Shown here one piece after another: positions 48,565-57,675 of a stretch of DNA of 64,000 nucleotides. Each line of letters begins with the position of its first letter. Position 1 is the first letter of the stretch. The notes under the pieces are model-generated. The model searched no databases. It saw only the letters and a list, made by a program, of their open reading frames with translations, and was not told where the DNA came from. Origin of the DNA: Magnetococcales bacterium DC0425bin3 (GTDB lineage Bacteria > Pseudomonadota > Magnetococcia > Magnetococcales > DC0425bin3); contig PEAP01000004.1 of assembly GCA_002753665.1 (NCBI GenBank), forward strand, positions 1,516 through 65,515, given 5' to 3'. The position numbers and the translations under genes were made by a program.

Positions 48565-48730
48565 GGATTGAGACTCCCTGTTGAAGCGATATTGTCCGAG
48601 ATAAATATTAGTATCAGCTAATTTTGTAATATAGGCAGTCCCGGGACCGCTTTCAATAGGAGAGTTGTAAATTCCACCCGACAAGGGGTGGTGCTGTTAC
48701 CATCCTGTCAAGAGTTTGCCATAGAACTGA

Positions 48731-48799
48731 CTTTGCTGGATGGGGGAGGCCTCCCGTCACCCTCGTACCGTGAAAGTCGCGGACGCGACTTTCACGGTA
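48731..48799 (-). repeat. Two-hairpin repeat, copy 6 (G-box degenerate)
   Basis: Plus-strand reading: CTTTGCTGGATGGGGGAGGCCTCCCGTCACCCTCGTACCGTGAAAGTCGCGGACGCGACTTTCACGGTA. Confidence 0.85.
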
Positions 48800-48958
48800 G
48801 CCCGCTCAATTTTGCAATGCGCTTGCCCTGGGTCTGTTGCGCGGTTCTGTGGGCGGAGGCTGTTCCAATGACCCGACGTTCTGTGCTATGACGAGTCGTG
48901 CTGCCGGGCAGCGGCGTCCAAACCGGGACGATCACGGTCAACAGGGAGTCATGCCAGG

Positions 48959-49729
48959 ATGGGAGCCATTGTCGCGATAGCCAATCAAAAAGGCGGGGTG
49001 GGCAAAACCTCCACGGCGGTCAATCTGGCCGCCACATGGGCGAACCTGGGCAAGCGGATCCTGTTGGTGGATCTGGATCCCCAGGGCAATGCCACCACCG
49101 CCTTCGGCGTCGATAAAAAAAGCCTGCAACGCTCCATCTACCAGGTCCTCGCCGGTCGTTGCCGGGCCAGCGAGGCCGTGGTGGTCCCCTTCGACCCCCA
49201 ACCCCACCTCATCCCTGCCACCGCCGATCTCAGCGGCGCCGAGGTGGAACTGGTGGGCGAAATCGCCCGGGAACAGCGCCTCAAGGAAGCCCTGGCCACC
49301 GTCGCCGACGATTATGACCTCATCATCATCGATTGCCCCCCCTCCCTGGGCCTGTTGACCCTCAATGCCCTGGTGGCCGCCAATCGGGTGCTGATTCCCA
49401 TGCCCTGCGAGTTCCTGCCCATGGAGGGCCTGAGCCAGCTCTGGAAGATTCTGGGCATCGTCCAGGCCCGACTCAACCCGCAACTCACCGTGGCGGGCAT
49501 CCTGTTCACCATGTTCGACCCCCGGGTCAATCTGACCCGGCAGGTGGCGGAGGAGGTCAGACGCCATTTCCCGAATCAGGTCCTCAACACGGTGATTCCC
49601 CGCAACGTGCGGGTCAGCGAGGCCCAGAGCTTCGGCCAGCCCCTGATCCGCTTCGACCACCGCGCCAAGGCCAGCGTGAGCTATCAGTCCCTGGCAGGAG
49701 AACTGGCTCCCCTCCTGCTGGCCGGCTGA
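48959..49729 (+). CDS. parA: ParA/Soj-family ATPase (orphan, no parB adjacent)
   Basis: 256 aa. IANQKGGVGKTSTAVNLA, LLVDLDPQGNAT, LIIIDCPPSLG. Confidence 0.9.
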   Translation: MGAIVAIANQKGGVGKTSTAVNLAATWANLGKRILLVDLDPQGNATTAFGVDKKSLQRSIYQVLAGRCRASEAVVVPFDPQPHLIPATADLSGAEVELVGEIAREQRLKEALATVADDYDLIIIDCPPSLGLLTLNALVAANRVLIPMPCEFLPMEGLSQLWKILGIVQARLNPQLTVAGILFTMFDPRVNLTRQVAEEVRRHFPNQVLNTVIPRNVRVSEAQSFGQPLIRFDHRAKASVSYQSLAGELAPLLLAG

Positions 49730-49770
49730 GGCCGATTCTTCCCGAATGACCGGTCGGGGGAGACTTGGTC

Positions 49771-50445
49771 TCACAATACCCCACCCCAATCGAAAACCTT
49801 GCGCCGGAGGACGTGAATCAGGTTCTGGAACGGCCCCAGCGGGGTCTTCTTGACCACCAGATTGTCGATCACCGGCTGGCCGTCCCACTGCTTGAACATC
49901 ACCACCCCGTCCCGCACCAGCACCAGGGCGTTGTAGGACCATCCCTGCTCCCGGGTTTCCTGCTCGAAGCGAAAATAATCCAGAAAAAAATTGCCCTGGC
50001 GCTGGCGCTGGATGTTCGAGGCCGTGAGAACATATCCCTGGCACCGATGCCCACCGGCAATGCAGGCGCGCAGACCGGGATCCAACCCCTGCATCACAAA
50101 GGCATCGGTGAGGTCGAGTTGGAAACGTTCGAGGATCTCCAGATGGTTCAGAACCCGCACGTTGGGCGAGCGGTCGGGATGAAAGCCCAGAATATGGAGA
50201 TCGGTGCCGGTGGAAGGGGGTCCCCGGGAGGGTTTGTCGGCCACGGTCACGATCTGGTCGAAGCGCAGCCGGGCCCCCTCCAGGGTTGCCCAGGGGGATC
50301 GGACCTGGTGGGAAGTGCCCGGCAGCAGCGCCGAGCAGCCAGCGGCCAACAGCAGGATCATGGGCAACGCCAGCCGGCAGAATTTGCCCGGGTGCCGGAT
50401 CGGGCCGGCGGGGCCGCAGGGGGACGGCAGGTCGGGAATGGCCAT
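49771..50445 (-). CDS. Hypothetical lipoprotein
   Basis: Lipobox-like MILLLAAGCS. No other motif recognised. Start uncertain. Confidence 0.45.
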   Translation of the reverse strand: MAIPDLPSPCGPAGPIRHPGKFCRLALPMILLLAAGCSALLPGTSHQVRSPWATLEGARLRFDQIVTVADKPSRGPPSTGTDLHILGFHPDRSPNVRVLNHLEILERFQLDLTDAFVMQGLDPGLRACIAGGHRCQGYVLTASNIQRQRQGNFFLDYFRFEQETREQGWSYNALVLVRDGVVMFKQWDGQPVIDNLVVKKTPLGPFQNLIHVLRRKVFDWGGVL

Positions 50446-50551
50446 GAATTCCAGAGGCTCGCCAGGTGTGGGCCGGGAAATCCGGCTCCTGTGAAACCCA
50501 AAGATTTCAATTCCCGTGCCAGAGGAGCCTGTGCTGCCTCAACGGTTTCTT

Positions 50552-51232
50552 TCAGAAGGGAATCGGCAGCACCGGCCGGAAATCGGCCACCGAGACGAAG
50601 CGCTGGGAAAAGACCGGCGGCAGGGCAGAGCTGGGATGGGCGATGTGCAGCAGGTGACCGATCCCCCAGGCGGCGGCGGTGACCAGGATCGGTTCGGAGT
50701 CGTCGGCCAGCAGGGAGTCGCCCGGATCGAACCCCAGCAGTCGGCGGGCCGCCTCCCAGAAGCGACGATCCTCCTTGGCATGCCCCACCTGGTGACTGGT
50801 CAGGATGGCATCCAGGTGACGGCCGATGGGGGTTCGCTCCAGCTTCAGCGCCAGGGAACGGGGATGGGCGTTGGTCACCAGACAGGCCCGCCGTCCGGAC
50901 CGCTTGACCAGATCCATAAACTCCAGGGCGTGGGGCCGGGGGCTGATCAGGTGGGCCACCTCCCGCTTGAGGGCCGGGATGTCCAGCGCCAGGGTCCGGG
51001 ACCAGTGGTCCAGATCGTACCAGGCCAGGGTGCCCTCCACCCGGTGGTAGGCCGCCAGCACCTCCTGCCGGGCATGATGTTGGCTCAGGCCATGGACCTT
51101 GGCATAGGCCTCGGGCACCGTGTGCAGAAAAAAATGATCGTCGAAATGGCGATCCAGCAGGGTGCCGTCCATGTCCAGCAGGACGGTGCGGATCCCGGGC
51201 CATTCCAGAAGGGGAGGGGGCATGGTGGTCAC
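50552..51232 (-). CDS. HAD-superfamily hydrolase
   Basis: 226 aa. LLDMDGTLLD (DxDxT), VTNAHP, and a C-terminal DD motif (LLADDSEP). Confidence 0.8.
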   Translation of the reverse strand: MTTMPPPLLEWPGIRTVLLDMDGTLLDRHFDDHFFLHTVPEAYAKVHGLSQHHARQEVLAAYHRVEGTLAWYDLDHWSRTLALDIPALKREVAHLISPRPHALEFMDLVKRSGRRACLVTNAHPRSLALKLERTPIGRHLDAILTSHQVGHAKEDRRFWEAARRLLGFDPGDSLLADDSEPILVTAAAWGIGHLLHIAHPSSALPPVFSQRFVSVADFRPVLPIPF

Positions 51233-51400
51233 GGCGGCATCCCGGCGCTGACGGTCTCAAGATGGCCCATAGAATGCAGAGGGTTTGCGGCAAGAAGCAA
51301 GCAACCCCTGTTCCGGCCTTCCCTCCTGGCCGGAATTCGGATGCATCGCCAACAGGCTGCAACCAGGCAGCGCCTGGCAGGAAGGGAGGCCTTCTTCCCC

Positions 51401-52534
51401 ATGTCCGACCCGCAACACGACCAGCAGTCTCTGCAGCGGCTGCGGCCGTTCTTTCACCAGTATGTGGCCACCTTCGTCAAAAACCTGTCCGCCTCCCTGC
51501 CGGCGGAACTGGTCAAGGCCGAGGACAAGCGCCTGTCCTACGCTGCCGGTTATCTGTTCTTCCGGCATTTTTTTCCGGGCATGGATCCGCAACGCCTGCC
51601 CCAGATCTCCAGCGAAATGGAACTCCTCTACAAGCGGCTGCTCGGCGAGCGGGAGGCGCTGGGCAAGTCCCTGGTGGCCATGAAGAAGGATCTGACGGTC
51701 TTCCAGGAGGCGGAGAAGCAGCGGCAGCTGTCGGCCTTTCAGGCTTATCTGGATACCGCCCTCAAGGAGATCGCCACCCTGAGCGGCAGGGAGGCGGTGA
51801 CCGCGGCGGTGGCCACCCCGGAAGAGAAAGCGGCCCGGGAACAGGCCAACGCCAAGGCCCAGGAACAGGCCCAGGAAGACCTCTTCAACCTGTTGGCCAA
51901 GATCAAGGAACGCAAGTCGGCCCTGCTGTGCTTCAACCTCTACCAGGACGTGCCCATTTCCTACGAGGCCACCGTCCTCCAGGTGCTGGCCAAGCATGGC
52001 CAAGTGGCCCTCAAGGTCCACCGCTACCAGGCGACCGTGATCGAACAGGATCGCTTCACCTACCTGAAACACGACCTGCTGCCCGGCTCCATCAAGGCCA
52101 ACCTGGTGGCCATGAAACGGGAGGCCCAGGAGGCGATTTTCGACAAGCTGGAATATTCCACCGTCGGCATGGACGAGCGCTCCAACGTGCGCGTGCGCCC
52201 CAGACCCTCCGAGCCCCTGGAAGGCCTGGTCACCACGGTCACCGGCCAGAAGATCAAGGGGTTGGTGCAGGACCTCTCCATGGGAGGCATGGGCCTGCTG
52301 GTGGAGCGGGTCAACCTGGACATGGGCCTGGGGGTGGAGGTGGATCTCAAGCCCCGCAAAGGTCCGGTCATCAACCTGCACGGCACGGTGGTGGCGGTGA
52401 AGGACCAGGGCAAGAAGCAGACGGTCCTGGGGCTGAAAGTGGTCCTGGACACCAATGCCGAGGTGTTCATCTCCCAGTATGTCTACCAGCGCCAGGCCGA
52501 GGTGGTGCGGGAACTCCAGCAGAAATCCCTGTGA
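51401..52534 (+). CDS. PilZ-domain protein with coiled-coil N-terminal region
   Basis: 377 aa from ATG 51401 (SD GGGAGG; alternative ATG 51341). PilZ motifs RSNVR (RxxxR) and DLSMGGMG (DxSxxG). Confidence 0.7.
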   Translation: MSDPQHDQQSLQRLRPFFHQYVATFVKNLSASLPAELVKAEDKRLSYAAGYLFFRHFFPGMDPQRLPQISSEMELLYKRLLGEREALGKSLVAMKKDLTVFQEAEKQRQLSAFQAYLDTALKEIATLSGREAVTAAVATPEEKAAREQANAKAQEQAQEDLFNLLAKIKERKSALLCFNLYQDVPISYEATVLQVLAKHGQVALKVHRYQATVIEQDRFTYLKHDLLPGSIKANLVAMKREAQEAIFDKLEYSTVGMDERSNVRVRPRPSEPLEGLVTTVTGQKIKGLVQDLSMGGMGLLVERVNLDMGLGVEVDLKPRKGPVINLHGTVVAVKDQGKKQTVLGLKVVLDTNAEVFISQYVYQRQAEVVRELQQKSL

Positions 52535-52555
52535 CCCATCCCAGCCGTGCGTTGA

Positions 52556-53782
52556 TCAGCTCCGGTAGTCGGCGTTGATGCTGACGTAGTCGTGGGACAG
52601 ATCGCAGGTCCAGACCGTGGCCTGGGCGTCTCCCGCCCCCAGGTCGATGCGGATGGGTATCTCCTCCCGGTTCATCACCGCTTGCCCCTGCTCCTCGGTA
52701 TAGTTCGGGTCCGGCCCACCACCCCGGACGATGGTTACCTCCCCCAGGTCGATGCGGATGGCATCGGTTTTCAAAGGCACGCCCGCCCGTCCCACGGCGG
52801 CCAGAATTCGTCCCCAGTTGGGATCGTTGCCGAAACAGGCGGTCTTGAAGAGGGAACTCTGGGCCACGGTCATGGCGACGGTGCGGGCGGCGTCGGGACT
52901 GACGGCGCCGGTGACCTGGATGGTGATGAACTTGGTGGCCCCCTCGCCGTCCCGGACCACCAGATGGGCCAGCTCCCGGGTCAGGCTGTCGATGGCCTCG
53001 GCCAGCGGCGCGGCCCGGGGATCGTCCGCGTCGGTGATGGGCGCGTTGCCGGCCAGACCGGAAGCGAACGCCATCACCGTGTCGTTGGTGGAGGTGTCGC
53101 CATCCACGGTGATGCAGTGAAAGCTCTGCGCCACGGCCCGCTCCAACAGCACCTGCCAGGGACGCGGTTCGATGGCTGCGTCGGTGAACAGATAGGCCAG
53201 CATGGTGGCCATGTCGGGATGGATCATCCCGGCGCCCTTGGCAAAGCCGGCCATCCGCACCGTTTGGCCGTCCACCCGGCACAGCCGCTGGCGGGCCTTG
53301 GGAAAGGTGTCGGTGGTGAGGATGGCGCGGGCAGCGGCCTCCCAGCCGTCGGGGCGCAGCCCCGCCACCAGCCCGGGAATGGCCGAACGCATCCGCGCCA
53401 GGGGCAGGGATTGACCAATCACCCCGGTGGAGGCCGGAAAGACCTGCTCGTCTGGCACCCCCAGGGCATCGGCCACCTCCCGGCACAGGCCCAAAGCATC
53501 CAGCATGCCCTGGGGGCCGGTGCCGGCGTTGGCATTGCCGGCATTGACCAGCAGGGCCCGGGCCTTGCCGCCGGGCAGACGATTGCGGCACACCAGCACT
53601 GGCGCGGCCACCACTTGGTTGCGGGTGAAGACCCCCGCGGTGGCGCAGGGCCGGTCCATGGCCACCAGGATCATGTCCGGGGTCTGATTCTTTTTGATGC
53701 CCGCCGCCAGGGCGGCCAACCGAAAGCCGGCAACCGGCGCTATGTCCACGGGGGGGGGGGAACCGACGGCCATGGCATCCAA
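52556..53782 (-). CDS. argJ: Bifunctional glutamate N-acetyltransferase / amino-acid acetyltransferase
   Basis: 408 aa. GMIHPDMATMLAY autoprocessing site and TVDGDTSTNDT. Confidence 0.9.
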   Translation of the reverse strand: MDAMAVGSPPPVDIAPVAGFRLAALAAGIKKNQTPDMILVAMDRPCATAGVFTRNQVVAAPVLVCRNRLPGGKARALLVNAGNANAGTGPQGMLDALGLCREVADALGVPDEQVFPASTGVIGQSLPLARMRSAIPGLVAGLRPDGWEAAARAILTTDTFPKARQRLCRVDGQTVRMAGFAKGAGMIHPDMATMLAYLFTDAAIEPRPWQVLLERAVAQSFHCITVDGDTSTNDTVMAFASGLAGNAPITDADDPRAAPLAEAIDSLTRELAHLVVRDGEGATKFITIQVTGAVSPDAARTVAMTVAQSSLFKTACFGNDPNWGRILAAVGRAGVPLKTDAIRIDLGEVTIVRGGGPDPNYTEEQGQAVMNREEIPIRIDLGAGDAQATVWTCDLSHDYVSINADYRS

Positions 53783-53890
53783 GCCTCGTGATGTGTTCTA
53801 CTGCCCCTTGTCGATGAGGTGAATTCGGCCATGAAGCCGTCATCACCGATCTGAACGTTCTACTCCAGCCGGTTGTCCCGTACAAGCAAA

Positions 53891-53958
53891 CTTTGCTGGA
53901 TGGGGGAGGCCTTTCTCCACCCTCCACCGATGAAAGTCGCTCCGCGACTTCCACGGTA
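53891..53958 (-). repeat. Two-hairpin repeat, copy 7
   Basis: Plus-strand reading: CTTTGCTGGATGGGGGAGGCCTTTCTCCACCCTCCACCGATGAAAGTCGCTCCGCGACTTCCACGGTA. Confidence 0.9.
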
Positions 53959-53987
53959 AGCCCCTGCAACCCCGGAAACCCGACGCT

Positions 53988-54431
53988 ATGGAAGCCCTGT
54001 CCTTCACCCGGCGGCTGGCGGACCGTTTCGACGGCATGATCAGCGTGGACCATGTGGCCCGCCTCCAGGAGCGCATGGCCGCCCTGGACGGTTGGTTCCT
54101 GTTCGAGCCCGGTCAGGCGCCGCCGGCAATCCCCGTGGGCGGCACCGCCGCGGTGGCCCACCTGGAGGGTCTGGTGACCGAAATCCTGCGGGAGGAGCGG
54201 GGGGTTTGGACCACTATGGTCTATGTCCAGAGCCAGGACGATCCCTGGCTGATCAAGGTATTCCATCCTCGCCGGGCCGGCTGCGGTTGCGGCGGTGGCG
54301 CCAACGTCAGGCCCTGGTGGATCCTGACCCGCACCCCCCCGGAACCGGTTCCGGAGTGGTCCGACTTCGGGGAGACTTGCGCCCTCCCCGCCCCGGGAAA
54401 GGGGAAGAGCTGGTGGAACAGGGTGTTCTGA
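53988..54431 (+). CDS. Hypothetical protein
   Basis: 147 aa with high GC3 coding signal. No motif recognised. Lies between argJ and mutT. Confidence 0.5.
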   Translation: MEALSFTRRLADRFDGMISVDHVARLQERMAALDGWFLFEPGQAPPAIPVGGTAAVAHLEGLVTEILREERGVWTTMVYVQSQDDPWLIKVFHPRRAGCGCGGGANVRPWWILTRTPPEPVPEWSDFGETCALPAPGKGKSWWNRVF

Positions 54432-54868
54432 AGCCATTGGTGGTGGTCGCGGCCGCCCTGTTGCGGGATGACCAGGGCCGGGTGCTGCTGACCCAACGCC
54501 GACCCGGCAGCCACATGGGGTCTCGCTGGGAATTTCCCGGCGGCAAGGTGGAGCCGGGGGAGACCCCGGAACGGACCCTGGCCCGGGAACTGCTCGAAGA
54601 AGTGGGGGTGGAGATCACCGATCCGCGTCCCTGGGCTTTCGTCACCCATTCCTATAAGACCTTCAACCTGCTGATGCCGGTCTTCTCCTGTGTCATCCGC
54701 AGCGGGGTGCCCCGTCCCCTGGAGGTGGCCGCCCTGGGGTGGTTCCGACCCGGCGAGATGATGGCGCTATCCTTTCCACCCGCGGATCAACCCCTGGTTG
54801 CCAGGCTGCTTCAGGAGGAAGAAGTGGAACGCAACGCCCGCTCCTCTGTGGACCGCCGCCAGCCATGA
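54413..54868 (+). CDS. mutT: Nudix hydrolase, MutT-type (8-oxo-dGTP diphosphatase-like)
   Basis: Nudix box GGKVEPGETPERTLARELLEEVG. Start uncertain: GTG 54413 with SD AAGGGG, alternatives TTG 54437 and GTG 54440. Confidence 0.8.
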   Translation: MEQGVLKPLVVVAAALLRDDQGRVLLTQRRPGSHMGSRWEFPGGKVEPGETPERTLARELLEEVGVEITDPRPWAFVTHSYKTFNLLMPVFSCVIRSGVPRPLEVAALGWFRPGEMMALSFPPADQPLVARLLQEEEVERNARSSVDRRQP

Positions 54869-55716
54869 CCGCATAATATTTCCACCGTCACCCGGATCCC
54901 CGTGGTCCCGGGCGCCGGGAACCGTTGTCGGTAGAGGGCGTCCAGTCTGTGGACAAACCCCTTGCCGGTCAGACCGGGATGGCGGACGGCGTGGGGATTG
55001 CCGGCCCCCAGGGCTGCCAACCGCTCCAGCAGGACGCCGGCGGAGGGCAGGGTCAGGCGCACCAGTTCCCGGTCCGCCACCGGCAGGACGAAACCGGCTC
55101 CGGCCAGCCAGTCCCCCAGCCGGCCGAGATCGGGCAGGACCGGCACCCGGGGCCAGGCCCGACCCGACCGTTCCCGGTCGAGCAGATCCAGGCACTGGCG
55201 CAGTTCGGTCAGGGTTTCCTCCCCCGCCATGGTGAAGAGCAGCAGCCCGTCCGGCGCCAGCACCCGGCGCCATTCCCGCAGGACCGCCGGGGGATGGGAA
55301 CTCCAGTGCAGCAGCATATTGGAGACGGCCAGTTGGGCGACGCCGTCGGGCAGGGGCAGGTGGCGGGGGTCGGCGACCACCGCGGCAACTCGACCCTTGA
55401 CCAACCGGGTCAACCAGGGAAACCATGGGAAGCTGGAGGGATTTGCAGCGGGGGGCACCGGTCCCAGGCGCAGCAGGGAGGCCTTGGGGTAGCGTTGCTC
55501 CAGCAGACGGGTCACGGTACCGCAGCGGTCGCCGGGGATCAGGATCGACCGGGGGGTGATGCGGATGTCGTCCAGCCGGGCCACCAGTCCCGCGGCGATG
55601 CCGGGCAGCGGCCCCGGATCCCGGGCGCGGGCCAGCGCCCGGCGCACCCGCCGGGCATCGGGGGTGGGAGCGGGTTGGGCAACGGGTTGCGCGGAACGGG
55701 AGGGTGCGGGATCCAT
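54811..55716 (-). CDS. Class I SAM-dependent methyltransferase (BioC-like)
   Basis: 301 aa from ATG 55716 (alternative GTG 55647). VSNMLLHWSSHPPAVLREWRRVLAPDGLLLFTM is typical of BioC/UbiE-type methyltransferases. Motif I is atypical (ILIPGDRCGT). Confidence 0.6.
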   Translation of the reverse strand: MDPAPSRSAQPVAQPAPTPDARRVRRALARARDPGPLPGIAAGLVARLDDIRITPRSILIPGDRCGTVTRLLEQRYPKASLLRLGPVPPAANPSSFPWFPWLTRLVKGRVAAVVADPRHLPLPDGVAQLAVSNMLLHWSSHPPAVLREWRRVLAPDGLLLFTMAGEETLTELRQCLDLLDRERSGRAWPRVPVLPDLGRLGDWLAGAGFVLPVADRELVRLTLPSAGVLLERLAALGAGNPHAVRHPGLTGKGFVHRLDALYRQRFPAPGTTGIRVTVEILCGHGWRRSTEERALRSTSSS

Positions 55717-56554
55717 GGCTTGGCCGGTGTCATCCTGGCACAACCCGGGACCAGGGGGAAGTCGGAACCGTTTCGCATCGGGGATCCTGCCCGGCGGGGA
55801 GCGGCTGCGGCAGGGTTGGACGCTGCTGCTGGACTTTCTGTTGCCCCACGCCTGTCCCCTCTGCCGGTGCCGGGTGGAGGCGCCGTTCGCGCCCTGCCCC
55901 GACTGCCGTAAGGGCCTGCCGCCCCAGCCGGACACCCTGTGCCTGCGCTGCGGCGGCCCGACCGTCGGGCCGGAGCAGGGCTGCGGGCAATGCCTGGGGA
56001 ATCCCATGGCCCCGGACGCCTTCCACTGTGCCTTCGACTACGCCGACCCGGTGCGGGGCCTGATCCACGGCTTCAAGTATGGCGATCACGGCGAATGGGC
56101 CGCCGGCCTGGGGGATTTGTGCTGGGCCAGGACCGGAGCGGCCCTGGCCTGGGAGGAGCCCGACGCGCTGGTGCCGATGCCCCTCCATTATGTCCGCCTG
56201 GTGCAGCGGCGTTACAATCAGTCAGCCTTGTTGGCCGGGGTGTTGGCCCGTTATCTTGACAGGCCGATGGTCACCGCAGCCTTGCGACGGGTGCGCCGCA
56301 CCACCCCCCAGGCCGGTTTGAACGCCCGGCAGCGGCGCCTCAACATGCAGGGCGCGTTCGTTGCCCGGCAGTCGCTGGTGGCGGGTCGCAGCCTGCTGCT
56401 GGTGGATGACGTGGTGACCACCGGCGCCACCATGGCGGCCGCCGTCCGGGCACTGAAACAGGCCGGGGCCGCACGGGTGGCGGTGGTCTGCCTGGCCCGG
56501 GCGGTGCCCGGCGGCATTCACTCATCCGCATCCGAGGGAGACGAGCATGGCTGA
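55715..56554 (+). CDS. comF: ComF-family phosphoribosyltransferase-like protein
   Basis: 279 aa. N-terminal CPLC...CPDC...CLRCG...CGQC zinc-finger motifs. C-terminal PRTase loop LLLVDDVVTTGATM. Confidence 0.8.
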   Translation: MAWPVSSWHNPGPGGSRNRFASGILPGGERLRQGWTLLLDFLLPHACPLCRCRVEAPFAPCPDCRKGLPPQPDTLCLRCGGPTVGPEQGCGQCLGNPMAPDAFHCAFDYADPVRGLIHGFKYGDHGEWAAGLGDLCWARTGAALAWEEPDALVPMPLHYVRLVQRRYNQSALLAGVLARYLDRPMVTAALRRVRRTTPQAGLNARQRRLNMQGAFVARQSLVAGRSLLLVDDVVTTGATMAAAVRALKQAGAARVAVVCLARAVPGGIHSSASEGDEHG

Positions 56555-56807
56555 GGTCATCATGTATTCCACCACGGTCTGTCCGTTCTGCGTCAAGGCC
56601 AAAAAGCTGTTGCAGAAAAAAGGGGTCGGGTTCGACGAAATCAACCTGACCGATCATCCGGAACGTCGGGACGAAATGATCGCCAAAGCCGGTGGTCGGC
56701 GCACCGTGCCGCAGATCTTCATCAACGGCCAGCATGTGGGCGGGTGCGACGATCTGCACCTGTTGGAGTCCGAGGGCAAACTGGACGGCCTGCTGGCCGG
56801 GGGGTGA
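56547..56807 (+). CDS. grxC: Glutaredoxin 3
   Basis: 86 aa. CPFC active site, TVPQIFI, GGCDDL. Confidence 0.9.
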   Translation: MAEVIMYSTTVCPFCVKAKKLLQKKGVGFDEINLTDHPERRDEMIAKAGGRRTVPQIFINGQHVGGCDDLHLLESEGKLDGLLAGG

Positions 56808-56813
56808 GGGACC

Positions 56814-57647
56814 ATGACCAGGGCACCGGGGGAAGGGAAATCGCTGTCGGCGGCGGTGGTGCAGCTCTGTTCCGGTTCGAGCCGGGAGCGCAACCTGGAA
56901 CGGGCGGCCAATCTCATGGGGGCGGCGGTGGCCGCCGGGGCGGAGCTGCTGGTGCTGCCGGAGAATTTCTCCTTCATGGGAGCCACCGAGGCGGAAAAGC
57001 GCGCCCATCGGGAGGATCCGGAGGCCGGGCCGAGCCGGCTGTTCCTGCAGGATTTCGCCCGCCAGCATCATGTCTGGATCGTGGGCGGCTCCATCCCCCT
57101 GGGCGGGCAGGAAGGGGGCAAGGTGACCAACACCTCCCTGTTGGTGGACAACACCGGCAAGGTGCGGGCCCGCTACGACAAGATCCACCTGTTCGATGCC
57201 CAGCTGGGGGAACGGGAGACCATCAAGGAATCGGACATCATCCAGCCCGGTTCCGAGCCGGTGGTGGGCCCCACCCCCTTCGGGCCCTTGGGGCTGTCGA
57301 TCTGTTACGACCTGCGCTTTCCCGAACTCTACCGGCGCCTGGTGTCCGCCGGCGCCACCCTGTTGGCGGTGCCTGCCGCCTTCACCCTGACCACCGGCCG
57401 GGATCACTGGGAGCTGCTGCTGCGGGCCCGGGCGGTGGAAAATTTCGCCTACGTCCTGGCCGCCGACCAATGGGGCCGCCATCCCGGCGGGCGGAGTACC
57501 TATGGTCATTCCATGATCGTGGAACCCTGGGGCACGGTGATCGCCCGCTGCCCCGATGGCGAGGGGTTTGCCCTGGCCGTCCTGGACCCGCAACGGGTGG
57601 CGGACAGCCGCGGGCGCATCCCCTGCCTGCATCATCGGGTGCTGTGA
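56814..57647 (+). CDS. Carbon-nitrogen hydrolase family protein (nitrilase/omega-amidase-like)
   Basis: 277 aa. Catalytic E-K-C contexts LLVLPENF, YDKIHLF, LSICYDLRFPE. Confidence 0.85.
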   Translation: MTRAPGEGKSLSAAVVQLCSGSSRERNLERAANLMGAAVAAGAELLVLPENFSFMGATEAEKRAHREDPEAGPSRLFLQDFARQHHVWIVGGSIPLGGQEGGKVTNTSLLVDNTGKVRARYDKIHLFDAQLGERETIKESDIIQPGSEPVVGPTPFGPLGLSICYDLRFPELYRRLVSAGATLLAVPAAFTLTTGRDHWELLLRARAVENFAYVLAADQWGRHPGGRSTYGHSMIVEPWGTVIARCPDGEGFALAVLDPQRVADSRGRIPCLHHRVL

Positions 57648-57675
57648 AGCGTCTGTCGCGCCCGCGGCAGGTGCT

